From contig CAVJDT010000001.1 in the NCBI GenBank assembly GCA_963648435.1, positions 28,524-92,523 on the forward strand: a stretch of DNA of 64,000 bases, given 5' to 3'. The position numbers and the translations under genes were made by a program. The notes beneath the pieces were generated by a model. It had not been told where the DNA came from, made no database searches, and saw only the letters and a list, made by a program, of their open reading frames with translations. This stretch comes from Bacillota bacterium. GTDB lineage: Bacteria > Bacillota_I > Bacilli_A > ML615J-28 > CAG-313. Below are positions 9,671-19,448 of this stretch, one piece after another (the stretch's first letter is position 1; every line of letters starts with the position of its first letter).

Positions 9671-11535
9671 TGATTAAAAATGAAAAAGAATTAAATGCAA
9701 CAATTAAAAAGTGCACAACTAGTTTAGATGAAAAATTTGCGGGAACTAATGGTAAACGTGCCATTGTTATTTGTGGTGGTACAGGATGTTTATCAAGTAA
9801 CTCTGCGGAAATTCTTGCAAAATTCCAAGAAGAAATTGAAGCGCGTGGTTTAAGTGATAAAGTAACTGCGAATAAAGTTGGATGCTTTGGATTCTGCTCT
9901 CAAGGCCCATTCGTTAAAATTTTCCCTGAAGATACATTATATCGTGGCGTTAAAGTTGAAGATGTTGAAGAAATAATGACTTCTGATATTATCAATCATG
10001 TTGTTGTTGAAAGATTGCTTTATGTTGATCCAGTAACTCAAGCAAGAATTCAAAAACAAGATGAAATCAACTTTTATAAGAAGCAAGTTCGTTTAGCTCT
10101 TCATGGCTGTGGCGTTATTAACCCTGAATGTATTGAAGAAGCATTAGGCTATGGAGCATATCAAGGCTTACAAAGAGCTCTTCATATGTCTAGACAAGAA
10201 GTTATCGATGAAATTTTAAAATCAGGTTTACGTGGCCGTGGTGGCGGTGGTTTTCCTACTGGTAGAAAATGGCAATTTGCATATAATCAACAAAATGATG
10301 AAAAATATGTAGTTTGTAATGGCGATGAAGGTGACCCAGGTGCTTTCATGGACCGTTCAATCTTAGAAGGCAACCCTCTTGCGGTTATTGAAGGTATGGT
10401 AATTGCAGGTTATGCAATTGGTGCATCAAATGGTTATTTTTATGTACGTGCTGAATATCCAATCGCTGTTGAAAGACTTCATATAGCAATTGAAGAAGCT
10501 GAAAAAATTGGCTTATTAGGTGATAATATTCTAGGAACTGATTTTAGTTTCCGTGTTCATATTCGTTTAGGTGCTGGTGCATTCGTTTGTGGTGAAGAAA
10601 CCGCATTATTAAACTCAATAGAAGGTAAACGTGGTATGCCACGTCCAAGACCTCCATTCCCAGCTGTAAAAGGTTTATGGGGTAAACCAACAATTATTAA
10701 CAATGTTGAAACATTAGCATGTGTACCATATATCTTAAGAGAAGGTGCTGAAAAATTTGCCCAATATGGTACTGAAAAATCTAAGGGTACTAAAGTATTT
10801 GCTTTAGGTGGTAAAGTTAATAATGTAGGACTAGTTGAAATTCCTATGGGCACTACGCTTCGTGAATTAATTTACGATATCGGTGGTGGCATTCCTCACA
10901 ATAAAGCCTTTAAAGCTATTCAAACAGGTGGACCTTCAGGTGGATGTTTAACGGCCAAAGATCTTGATACTCCTATTGACTATGATAATTTAATTGCTTT
11001 AGGTTCAATGATGGGTTCTGGTGGTGCCATTGTTATGGATGAAGATAACTGTATGGTTGATGTTGCTAAATTCTATATGGAATTTATTTGCGATGAATCA
11101 TGTGGTAAATGTTCTCCATGCCGTATTGGTACAAAACGTATGCTTGAAATCTTAACTAAGATTACGGAAGGTAAAGGTACATTAAATGATTTACATGAAT
11201 TAGAAGAACTAGCTACTACGGTTGCTTCTAACTCATTATGTGGTTTAGGCCAAACTTCCGCTAACCCAATTGTTTCAACAATGAGACAATTTAAAGATGA
11301 ATATATTGCTCATATCGTTGATAAAAAGTGTCCAGCTCACATTTGTAAAAAATTAACTCAATATTATATCATACCAGAATCATGTAAAAAATGTTCTAAG
11401 TGTGCTAGAAATTGTCCAGTTAATGCAATCTCAGGTGTTCCTGGTAAAGAACCATATGTTATTGATCAATCTAAATGTATTAAATGTGGATTATGCTTAG
11501 CATCATGTCCATTTAAAGCAATAATTAAGAAGTAG
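9670..11535 (+). CDS. hydB: [FeFe]-hydrogenase NuoF-like subunit (FMN/NAD(P)H-binding, multiple FeS), HydB/HndC
   Basis: 621 aa. N-terminal thioredoxin-like 2Fe-2S, a NuoF core (GRGGGGFPTGRKW, SCGKCSPCR), and a C-terminal 2x[4Fe-4S] ferredoxin (CKKCSKCARNCP...CIKCGLCLASCP). Its start overlaps the hydC stop. Confidence 0.85.
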   Translation: MIKNEKELNATIKKCTTSLDEKFAGTNGKRAIVICGGTGCLSSNSAEILAKFQEEIEARGLSDKVTANKVGCFGFCSQGPFVKIFPEDTLYRGVKVEDVEEIMTSDIINHVVVERLLYVDPVTQARIQKQDEINFYKKQVRLALHGCGVINPECIEEALGYGAYQGLQRALHMSRQEVIDEILKSGLRGRGGGGFPTGRKWQFAYNQQNDEKYVVCNGDEGDPGAFMDRSILEGNPLAVIEGMVIAGYAIGASNGYFYVRAEYPIAVERLHIAIEEAEKIGLLGDNILGTDFSFRVHIRLGAGAFVCGEETALLNSIEGKRGMPRPRPPFPAVKGLWGKPTIINNVETLACVPYILREGAEKFAQYGTEKSKGTKVFALGGKVNNVGLVEIPMGTTLRELIYDIGGGIPHNKAFKAIQTGGPSGGCLTAKDLDTPIDYDNLIALGSMMGSGGAIVMDEDNCMVDVAKFYMEFICDESCGKCSPCRIGTKRMLEILTKITEGKGTLNDLHELEELATTVASNSLCGLGQTSANPIVSTMRQFKDEYIAHIVDKKCPAHICKKLTQYYIIPESCKKCSKCARNCPVNAISGVPGKEPYVIDQSKCIKCGLCLASCPFKAIIKK

Positions 11536-11547
11536 GAGTGTAGATGT

Positions 11548-13317
11548 ATGGCAAAAATTAATATTAAAATTGAAGGTCAAGCATATCTTGTAGAAGAAGG
11601 CTTAACAATATTAGAAGCAGCTAAAGAATGTGGATATGAAATTCCATCACTTTGTGCATTTAATCATGGTGAATGTAGTCTAGCATCTTGTCGTGTTTGC
11701 TTAGTAGAAGCAACAGGAGCAAGAGGACTTGTAGCATCTTGTGTATATCCTGTTTCTGAAGGTATGGAAATTAAGATTTCAACTCCAAAAGCTGTCGCCG
11801 CAAGACGTGCAAGTGTTGAATTAATTCTTTCTAACCATTCATTCCAATGTCAACAATGTGATAAAAATGGTAAATGTGAATTATTGCATGTAGCATCCTT
11901 AGTAGGAGCAAGAGAAAATAAATTTATTGGTAGTAAAACTCCAGTTACAATTGATGAATTATCTCCATCAATCATTCGTGATACTTCTAAATGTATTTTA
12001 TGTGGCCGTTGTGTAAGCCGTTGTGTTGCGGCTCATGGCACTGGTATTTTAGGATTTGAAAGACGTGGTTTTGCAACTATTGTTTCTCCAGCCGCAAATA
12101 GAAGTTTTGCTGAAAGCCCATGTATTTTATGTGGACAATGTGTAAATGTTTGTCCTACAGGGGCATTAATGGAAAAATCAGAAATTGATAAAGTTGATGA
12201 AGCAAGAAGAGCTGGTAAATATTTAGTTGTTCAAACAGCTCCTGCGGTTCGTGCAACTCTTGGTGAAGAATTTGGTTATCCAATTGGTACAGCTGTTACT
12301 GGCAAAATGATAGCTGCACTTCGCAGATTAGGCTTTAATAAAGTTTATGATACTGATTTTGGAGCTGACCTTACAATTATGGAAGAAGCAACTGAATTAT
12401 TATCAAGAATTAACTCAAAAGGTGTTTTACCTATGATTACTTCATGTTCACCTGGTTGGGTTAACTATGCAGAATATTATTATGGTGATCAACTTGACCA
12501 TTTATCAAGTTGTAAATCACCTCATGAAATGCAAGGTGCTATTATTAAAAGCTACTTTGCAGAAAAAATGGGACTTGATCCACAAGATATTTACGTTGTT
12601 TCAATTATGCCTTGTACGGCTAAAAAATATGAAAAAGAACGTCCTCAACTTCAAAAAAATGGAATTAAAGATGTTGATGCAGTTTTAACAACTAGAGAAT
12701 TAGCTAAATTAATCAAACGTAGTGGTATTAATTTTAACAAACTTCCAGATGAAGAATATGACCAAGACATTATGGGTGAATACACAGGTGCTGGTGTTAT
12801 CTTTGGTACTACTGGTGGAGTAATGGAAGCAGCGTTACGTACCGCATATTATGTTTTAACAAATAAAGAACATAAACCAATTGAATTTACAGCTGTTCGT
12901 GGCATGAAAGGCTTAAAAGAAGCAACCATTGACATTAATGGTACAGAACTTAAAGTTGCGATCGCATCAGGTATGAGAAATGCTAAAGTGTTAATGGATG
13001 ACATTCGTGCTGGTAAGAGCCCTTATACATTTATCGAAATTATGGGCTGTCCTGGTGGATGTGTAAATGGTGGTGGTCAACCATATGTTAAACCATGTTT
13101 CTTACCAAATGAAGACAACAATATTTTGGATACATATTGTGAAAAACGTGCTGCAGCGTTATATAGTGAAGATGAAAGACAAACTGTTCGTCAATCACAT
13201 AATAACAAGCAAATACAACAACTTTATAAAGAATATTTAGGTGAACCTAATTCTCATAAAGCACATGAATTATTACATACAACATATGTTTCAAGAGAAA
13301 GATTTCCTGAAAAATAG
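11548..13317 (+). CDS. hydA: [FeFe]-hydrogenase catalytic subunit HydA (M3 architecture) with non-canonical L1 motif
   Basis: N-terminal 2Fe-2S, a His-ligated cluster and two 4Fe-4S motifs. H-cluster motifs L2 MPCTAKKYE and L3 EIMGCPGGCVNGGGQP are canonical, but L1 reads TSCSPGW instead of TSCCPxW. Confidence 0.85.
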   Translation: MAKINIKIEGQAYLVEEGLTILEAAKECGYEIPSLCAFNHGECSLASCRVCLVEATGARGLVASCVYPVSEGMEIKISTPKAVAARRASVELILSNHSFQCQQCDKNGKCELLHVASLVGARENKFIGSKTPVTIDELSPSIIRDTSKCILCGRCVSRCVAAHGTGILGFERRGFATIVSPAANRSFAESPCILCGQCVNVCPTGALMEKSEIDKVDEARRAGKYLVVQTAPAVRATLGEEFGYPIGTAVTGKMIAALRRLGFNKVYDTDFGADLTIMEEATELLSRINSKGVLPMITSCSPGWVNYAEYYYGDQLDHLSSCKSPHEMQGAIIKSYFAEKMGLDPQDIYVVSIMPCTAKKYEKERPQLQKNGIKDVDAVLTTRELAKLIKRSGINFNKLPDEEYDQDIMGEYTGAGVIFGTTGGVMEAALRTAYYVLTNKEHKPIEFTAVRGMKGLKEATIDINGTELKVAIASGMRNAKVLMDDIRAGKSPYTFIEIMGCPGGCVNGGGQPYVKPCFLPNEDNNILDTYCEKRAAALYSEDERQTVRQSHNNKQIQQLYKEYLGEPNSHKAHELLHTTYVSRERFPEK

Positions 13318-13327
13318 TTAAATAATT

Positions 13328-13375
13328 ACGCCTACCATATAGAGTGAAGTACACCCTTTAAAGTAGGCGTTTTTA
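13328..13375 (+). terminator. Rho-independent terminator after hydA
   Basis: acgcctac...gtaggcgt stem followed by T5. Confidence 0.65.
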
Positions 13376-13542
13376 AGTGGAATTCATGACTTATATCAAA
13401 CTTAATTTTTCTTAAATGTCAAATAAATATTTCCTACATATAAATAGTTCAAATACGATAAAAATGTTACGATATTTTACTAAAAGAATTGCGAAAAAGT
13501 CAAAAATATGGTAAAATAATAGTAAGATAAAGAGGTAAAAAC

Positions 13543-13959
13543 ATGAATGAAAATATTAAAACAAAATTTTATAAAATGAATCTAATTATTTCAATTGCCA
13601 TTATGGCGGTTGGCTTAATAGTATTTATTGGGGCGCTCTTTTTGAAAGAAACAGTTATTATGGTTATTTTTTTAATAGTAGGTGCAGTATGGTTTATTCT
13701 AGGACTTTTAGGAACTCTTTTCCTATATTTTACTTATTATGAAATAACAAATAATGAACTTCATTTTGTAAGATTCAAGAAACAAAAAAACATAAAACTT
13801 GATGATATTTCTAAAGTTTTATTATATAGTACTGAATACATTATTATTGATAATGATAATAAAAAATTTTGTAAAATTGATCGAGGATTAGTTAATGCTG
13901 ATCTAATATTAGAGTATTTAAGAAATGCTCAAAAAGAAATAATTGTTAAGCAATTTTAG
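13543..13959 (+). CDS. Small membrane protein, hypothetical
   Basis: 138 aa with two N-terminal TM helices; promoter TTGCGA-17-TAAAAT upstream. Confidence 0.45.
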   Translation: MNENIKTKFYKMNLIISIAIMAVGLIVFIGALFLKETVIMVIFLIVGAVWFILGLLGTLFLYFTYYEITNNELHFVRFKKQKNIKLDDISKVLLYSTEYIIIDNDNKKFCKIDRGLVNADLILEYLRNAQKEIIVKQF

Positions 13960-13969
13960 GTGATAAACA

Positions 13970-14317
13970 ATGAAAATTATATTTGAAAACCTTGAAACAT
14001 CAATTCTTCACAACTTTAAAGGTGGAGAAAAATACCTAACTGCCAAAATGTTTGTTGATGAAAATAACAAAATAATGAAAGCATATCTTGTTCCAGGAGC
14101 ATCTATTGGCATTCATACTCATTCAGATACATCAGAAGTAATTTTTATTACCGCAGGAATTGGTAAAGCCGTTTGTGATGGAACTGAAGAAATGCTTGAA
14201 GCAGGTTCTTGTCATTACTGTCCTAAAGGAAGTACTCATACCCTTATTAATACTGGTAGCGAAAACCTATGCTTTTATGCGGTAGTACCAAATCATGAAA
14301 ATAACACTAAGAATTAA
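13970..14317 (+). CDS. Cupin-domain protein
   Basis: 115 aa with a G.S.G.H.H motif (GASIGIHTHSDTSEVIFITAG), typical of a cupin beta-barrel. Confidence 0.55.
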   Translation: MKIIFENLETSILHNFKGGEKYLTAKMFVDENNKIMKAYLVPGASIGIHTHSDTSEVIFITAGIGKAVCDGTEEMLEAGSCHYCPKGSTHTLINTGSENLCFYAVVPNHENNTKN

Positions 14318-14389
14318 ATTTCTTGGTGTTTTTTGCTTAAAAATTTTTCATATTGATGGTATAATAATAGAAAATAAAAGGAGATTAAT

Positions 14390-17158
14390 ATGCTTAAAAA
14401 ACGAAACATAGTAACTATACTAGCATTATTTGTTGCCTTACTACTTACAAGTTGTGCGGTGCTTAACAAAAATTTAACCAAACTTGAGGCTCCAGAAATT
14501 ACATTAAATGATAATATAATTTCATGGAATGTGGTAAATGATGCCAAAAGTTACACGCTTTATATTAATGGTACAACTGAAATCAACTTTAAAAATACAG
14601 AAACGCAGTATAAATTAGAAATAACTAAAGATGGAATCTACAAAATAAAGATGAAGGCTATTGGTGATCATAAAACATATGCAAATAGTGATTATAGTAA
14701 TATAATTACGTATAATTATCATGCAAACGTAGACACTAAATTAGATACTCCTGTTATTTCAATATCTAAAAATACAATTATTTGGGAAACTATTAACAAT
14801 GCTACTGAATATAAAATATATGTTGATGAAGCTTTAATTTCCACAATTTCCACATCTTATTTTACACTTGTTGGTTATGATGATGATATTGAACATACTA
14901 TAAAAGTGATTGCATCATGTCAACCAAGTTACATTGATAGTGATTTTAGTAATGAAGTAGTTTATAATTCACTACAAAAACTAATGAAAATTAGTGAAAT
15001 CAAAGAATTAGTTGATGCCTTGCAAAGTGAAGTAGATGTTGCCTTTGTGGGCAAAGTTATGGGGTTTGATGCAAATGGTTATGCTCATGTTGCGGATGAA
15101 ACTGGTTATATTTACATTCGCCACATTTGTAGAGAATTAACATTAGGACAAAAAGTTAAAATTGAAGGTAAAGTCTACATTTATCGAGGTAGTTATAATT
15201 ATCCAGAATATACAAGACAAATATCATCCACCAATATTAAAGTATCAATCTATGATGGTACAATTGATAATGTAATTGAACCTGTTGAAATTACATCAAA
15301 AGATTTAGAAAACACTAGTGTTACATCAAGTTTTCATGGTAATCCGGTCACAATCACTGGTACAGTTGAATGTGGTAGTACTCGTTATACTTTTTATTTA
15401 AATGATGATACTGGAAAACATTTAGTTAGTATTCATCATTATTCAAGTAATTTTAATAATGATATTATTGATCCATCCGAAAACATTTTTTTAACTTTAA
15501 ATAATAAAAAGGTAACTTTAACAGGGGTTATTTATCGTTATTATGAAGCTGAAAATATTTGGACTTTACAGTGCATTGGTCTAACAAATGAAGTAAAAAT
15601 ACTTTCAGAAAGAATTGAAGCTCCGGTTATTTCAATAGTAGACAACCAACTAGTATGGACAAAACTTCTATATCATGGTGATTACGACATAATTGTAAAT
15701 GGAAATTACTACACAACAACGCAAAATACCTATTTTGATTTAAGCAAATTAGAAGATGGAAGTTATAAACTACAAGTTAAAGCAAATTCCAATAATGAAA
15801 ATTATGATGATAGTATTTATAGCAATATAATTGTTTATACTAAAAATGCTACAATCAATGAAATAAATATTTTTATGATTAATGATACTCATGGATCATT
15901 TGTTGATGGTGATACCCCAGGGGTTGAAAGATTAAGTTCTTTAATTAAATATTTAACTGAAGAAAATGGTGATTATATTAAAATTGCAAATGGTGATATT
16001 TTTCAAGGCTCATATGTTTCAAGTATTTTATATGGTTTACCATTTATTGATGCTCTAAACCAAATGAATTTTGATGCCTTTGTCATTGGGAATCATGAAT
16101 TTGACTGGGGTTTAGATAAAATACATGCTTATAAAGATGGCGATTATAGTAATGGTGAGGCCGATTTTCCATTTTTAGGTGCTAACATATATGATAAAAA
16201 AACCAATGAAAGAGTCTCGTGGTTAGATCCATATACTATAGTTGAAATTAATGGTTTAAAACTTGGTATTATTGGTATTATTGGTTATGACCTTGAATCA
16301 AGCATATTATATGACAACGTTAAAGACTATGATTTTGTTTATCCACTTGAGATAATTAAACAATATGCAAAAGAACTAAGAACTGAACTTGATTGTGACG
16401 CTGTAATTGTATCTAACCACGATTATGATACAGAATTAAACAAAGAAATTGCTAAACTAACTGGTGATATGCGTATTGATGGCATTTTATGTGGTCATAC
16501 TCACCAAAATGAATATGATATTCTTACAAGAAGTGATAGTGTGAATATTGTTGTGGTTGAAAACCAAGACAAAAATCAATCCGCAACTTCTTTAACACTA
16601 TTACTTAATAAATCATTAGATTATGAAAGTTATAAATTTGAAAGATATTATCCTTCAAACTATGATTTAGATAAAGAAATGCACTCAGTTATCTCAAAAT
16701 ATCAATCCGTAATTGATGAAAGTACACGCCAAATTGGTTTTACTGAACACTACTTATCTCGTCAAACCCTTGGAATTTACGCTGTTACCTCAATGAAGGA
16801 AAAATTTAATGTTGATGTTGCAATCATGAATACTGGAGGCGTTAGAGCAACCATCGCAAATGGTGAAATTACAGTAGCTAATGTTTTTGAAGTATTTCCT
16901 TTCAATAACATGATTATAACAACCACAATGAAGGGTAGTGCTCTAAAATCATTATACAATCAAAATAGTGATTACTTATATTTTAATACTGATTTTAATG
17001 TTACAAATTTACAAAACAATAAAGATTATAGTGTCGCGGTGATAGATTATGTTTATGCAGCTACAAGATATTCAGAATTTAAGAATACTGCTAGAAAAGA
17101 TACAAATATACTATTACGTGATTTAGTAATTGATTATATTGAAAAATTATATTATTAG
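14390..17158 (+). CDS. Surface lipoprotein: Fn3/Ig-like N-terminal repeats, an OB-fold-like region and a C-terminal bifunctional metallophosphatase/5'-nucleotidase
   Basis: Lipobox LLTSCAV. Calcineurin-like motifs INDTHG, GDIFQG and GNHEFD are followed by a 5'-nucleotidase C-terminal region. 922 aa. Confidence 0.75.
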   Translation: MLKKRNIVTILALFVALLLTSCAVLNKNLTKLEAPEITLNDNIISWNVVNDAKSYTLYINGTTEINFKNTETQYKLEITKDGIYKIKMKAIGDHKTYANSDYSNIITYNYHANVDTKLDTPVISISKNTIIWETINNATEYKIYVDEALISTISTSYFTLVGYDDDIEHTIKVIASCQPSYIDSDFSNEVVYNSLQKLMKISEIKELVDALQSEVDVAFVGKVMGFDANGYAHVADETGYIYIRHICRELTLGQKVKIEGKVYIYRGSYNYPEYTRQISSTNIKVSIYDGTIDNVIEPVEITSKDLENTSVTSSFHGNPVTITGTVECGSTRYTFYLNDDTGKHLVSIHHYSSNFNNDIIDPSENIFLTLNNKKVTLTGVIYRYYEAENIWTLQCIGLTNEVKILSERIEAPVISIVDNQLVWTKLLYHGDYDIIVNGNYYTTTQNTYFDLSKLEDGSYKLQVKANSNNENYDDSIYSNIIVYTKNATINEINIFMINDTHGSFVDGDTPGVERLSSLIKYLTEENGDYIKIANGDIFQGSYVSSILYGLPFIDALNQMNFDAFVIGNHEFDWGLDKIHAYKDGDYSNGEADFPFLGANIYDKKTNERVSWLDPYTIVEINGLKLGIIGIIGYDLESSILYDNVKDYDFVYPLEIIKQYAKELRTELDCDAVIVSNHDYDTELNKEIAKLTGDMRIDGILCGHTHQNEYDILTRSDSVNIVVVENQDKNQSATSLTLLLNKSLDYESYKFERYYPSNYDLDKEMHSVISKYQSVIDESTRQIGFTEHYLSRQTLGIYAVTSMKEKFNVDVAIMNTGGVRATIANGEITVANVFEVFPFNNMIITTTMKGSALKSLYNQNSDYLYFNTDFNVTNLQNNKDYSVAVIDYVYAATRYSEFKNTARKDTNILLRDLVIDYIEKLYY

Positions 17159-17166
17159 GGGTAAAA

Positions 17167-17892
17167 ATGGTAAAGGAAGAACTATTTAACAAGAAAAAGC
17201 AAGAATATATCAAAAGTAATAAAAAAATTGCAATTTCATTTTTTTTAACAAACGTTTTTTTCACCCTTCTTTGGGCAATCTCCGGATTTACAATTACATC
17301 AAACAACCTATCAAGTGATACAGGTCCAATAATAGTATTTATATTTTTAACGCTAACTTTAATATCACTTATAACAGGAATTATAATGGTGATCATGCAT
17401 AAAAAAAATCATACCGGCAAAGTTGAATACTTTACCGAAGAAGATAAAATAAACTATATACCATCATTCTTAACAAATCAAATAATTTACAGTAATGTAT
17501 TATTAATAGGTATTTTAATCATATTAGTTGGTATTGTTTTAAGAGGCGACTTAGGAATTCAAATTGCCTCAATTGGTCTTGCCCTAGCAGGTTTTGCCAT
17601 ATCTTTTTGTCTTTATTACCGAATCGTAAGAAGATCATACCTAGTAAAGAAAAGCAACGTTATAAATGATGTAATAAAAGAAAAAAGTTTGTACTATTCA
17701 ACTTCAATTATTGAAAGAATAGTTTACTTAATTTTTGTTATGATTATTATAATAATGGTATTTAATTTAATAATAAATTATCAAAGTAAATTAAATAAAA
17801 TACTACTATTTGTTAGTTATGGATTATTTATAGGATATAATTTATACATTGAATTGAAATGTCTAAAAATAAATAGTAACAATGATAATTAA
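17167..17892 (+). CDS. Polytopic membrane protein, hypothetical
   Basis: 241 aa, about 5 TM helices, no recognisable motif. Confidence 0.45.
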   Translation: MVKEELFNKKKQEYIKSNKKIAISFFLTNVFFTLLWAISGFTITSNNLSSDTGPIIVFIFLTLTLISLITGIIMVIMHKKNHTGKVEYFTEEDKINYIPSFLTNQIIYSNVLLIGILIILVGIVLRGDLGIQIASIGLALAGFAISFCLYYRIVRRSYLVKKSNVINDVIKEKSLYYSTSIIERIVYLIFVMIIIIMVFNLIINYQSKLNKILLFVSYGLFIGYNLYIELKCLKINSNNDN

Positions 17893-17905
17893 TGCAAATA
17901 TAAAC

Positions 17906-17936
17906 GGGGGACACAGTTGAAAGTGCCCCTTTTTTG
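17906..17936 (+). terminator. Rho-independent terminator
   Basis: ggggacacagttgaaagtgcccc followed by T6. Confidence 0.65.
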
Positions 17937-17963
17937 AAAAAAGTTAAAAAAATTTCAAAAAAA

Positions 17964-18391
17964 GCGGACAAATCCGTTGTTTCATTCGTATATGATTATA
18001 GAGGGAGAAAAATTGCTTTCTTTATAATCATGTCGAAAAATTAAAAAAAATGAAAAAAAATTTAAAAAAAGCGGACAAATTCGTTGTTTCATTCGTATAT
18101 GATTATAGAGGGAGAAAAATTGCTTTCTTTATAATCATGTCGAAAAATTAAAAAAAATGAAAAAAAATTTAAAAAAAGCGGACAAATTCGTTGTTTCATT
18201 CGTATATGATTATAGAGGGAGAAAAATTGCTTTCTTTATAATCATGTCGAAAAATTAAAAAAAATGAAAAAAAATTTAAAAAAAGCGGACAAATTCGTTG
18301 TTTCATTCGTATATGATTATAGAGGGAGAAAAATTGCTTTCTTTATAATCATGTCGAAAATTTAAGAAAATTTCATTATAACCGGACTAAA
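17964..18391. repeat. Tandem array of four 107-bp direct repeats, with a degenerate partial fifth copy to about 18470
   Basis: gcgg of successive units starts at 17964, 18071, 18178 and 18285 (period 107). Copies 2-4 are identical. Each unit has an imperfect hairpin tgattatagagggagaaaaattgctttctttataatca and a 34-codon ORF with no Shine-Dalgarno. Confidence 0.9.
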
Positions 18392-18860
18392 AAATGAATT
18401 TTCACTTGTATGTGATTATAGAGAAAGAAAAAACGCTTGTTTTTCTAAAAGTGAAAAAAAGGGGAATTTTTCTACTGCTTATAAGAACATAGCCTCCTTC
18501 TACAGTAATTACATTATTTTTGTTAATTACAATTTTTAGAAAGGAGCAGAAAGTAAGATGATTGGGTCTGATTAAACTATTGTAGTTCAAATTAGTGATT
18601 GTGTAAGCTTGTTAATGCTTAGCTATTTGTATAAAGTTTTTAGCTTTAAAAATTTTTCCATAAGTTGAATTTAAATTCCTTAAAATTAACAATTCAATTA
18701 AACTCTTCTTTTCAAATGCCATAAAAATGAGTAATTGAGCATTATCCATTACATACACTAAAATCGCTTTATCAAATTTTATAGTTTTATTTTGGTAAAG
18801 TATGATGATAAAAACTAGATAATATTTATTACAAAAATGAAAAAAGGAGAAAAAAATTAA

Positions 18861-19448
18861 ATGTCCGTAGTTTCAGGGAACTATACACTAGTTAAGAGAA
18901 TTCTAGAACGTGATGAAGAAGCATTTAAAACATTATTTTACATTTACCGTAGCAGGATATTTTATATTGCCTATAAAATGACAGGTAGTAAATTTGATGC
19001 TGATGACTGCGTTCAAGAAATATTTCTAAAGGTCATAGAAACATTAGCAAGTTATGATCCTAACATTAGTAGCTTCACAACGTGGATTGTGACACTAGCC
19101 AAAAATTATATTTTAGATTACATGAAGTTAAAGAGAATTCATGATAAAAAGTGCGTACTTGATCCAAATATTGTCTATTGTAAATGTGTAGATAATAATT
19201 TCGAACGTATAGTATTACTATCAGAAGTAGAAAGTGTAATCGGAGAATATGACTATCAAATATTGTTATTCAAAGTAGCATTTAACATGACGTTTATGGA
19301 AATTGCAAGGTTACTAGAAATATCGCCAAGTAAGGCTAAAAGATTTTATTATAATGCATATGATGCCGCAAAAAATTATGTAAGAGAAAAAGGATATGAA
19401 GTCGAAGATGAAAAAGACGCTAGAACAAATTATACAAGAAGATTTTGA
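18861..19448 (+). CDS. Sigma-70 family (ECF-like) RNA polymerase sigma factor
   Basis: Region 2 (DCVQEIFLKVIETLASYDP...FTTWIVTLAKNYILDYMK) and region 4 HTH (MTFMEIARLLEISPSKAKRFYY). Confidence 0.75.
   Translation: MSVVSGNYTLVKRILERDEEAFKTLFYIYRSRIFYIAYKMTGSKFDADDCVQEIFLKVIETLASYDPNISSFTTWIVTLAKNYILDYMKLKRIHDKKCVLDPNIVYCKCVDNNFERIVLLSEVESVIGEYDYQILLFKVAFNMTFMEIARLLEISPSKAKRFYYNAYDAAKNYVREKGYEVEDEKDARTNYTRRF

Noticed and set aside
12467-12688. + strand 73-aa ORF inside hydA in another frame
   Set aside because: It overlaps the conserved HydA H-domain coding sequence and is an alternative-frame artefact.
17964-18391. CRISPR array
   Set aside because: Units are 107 bp, directly abutting and identical, with no unique spacers and no cas genes nearby.
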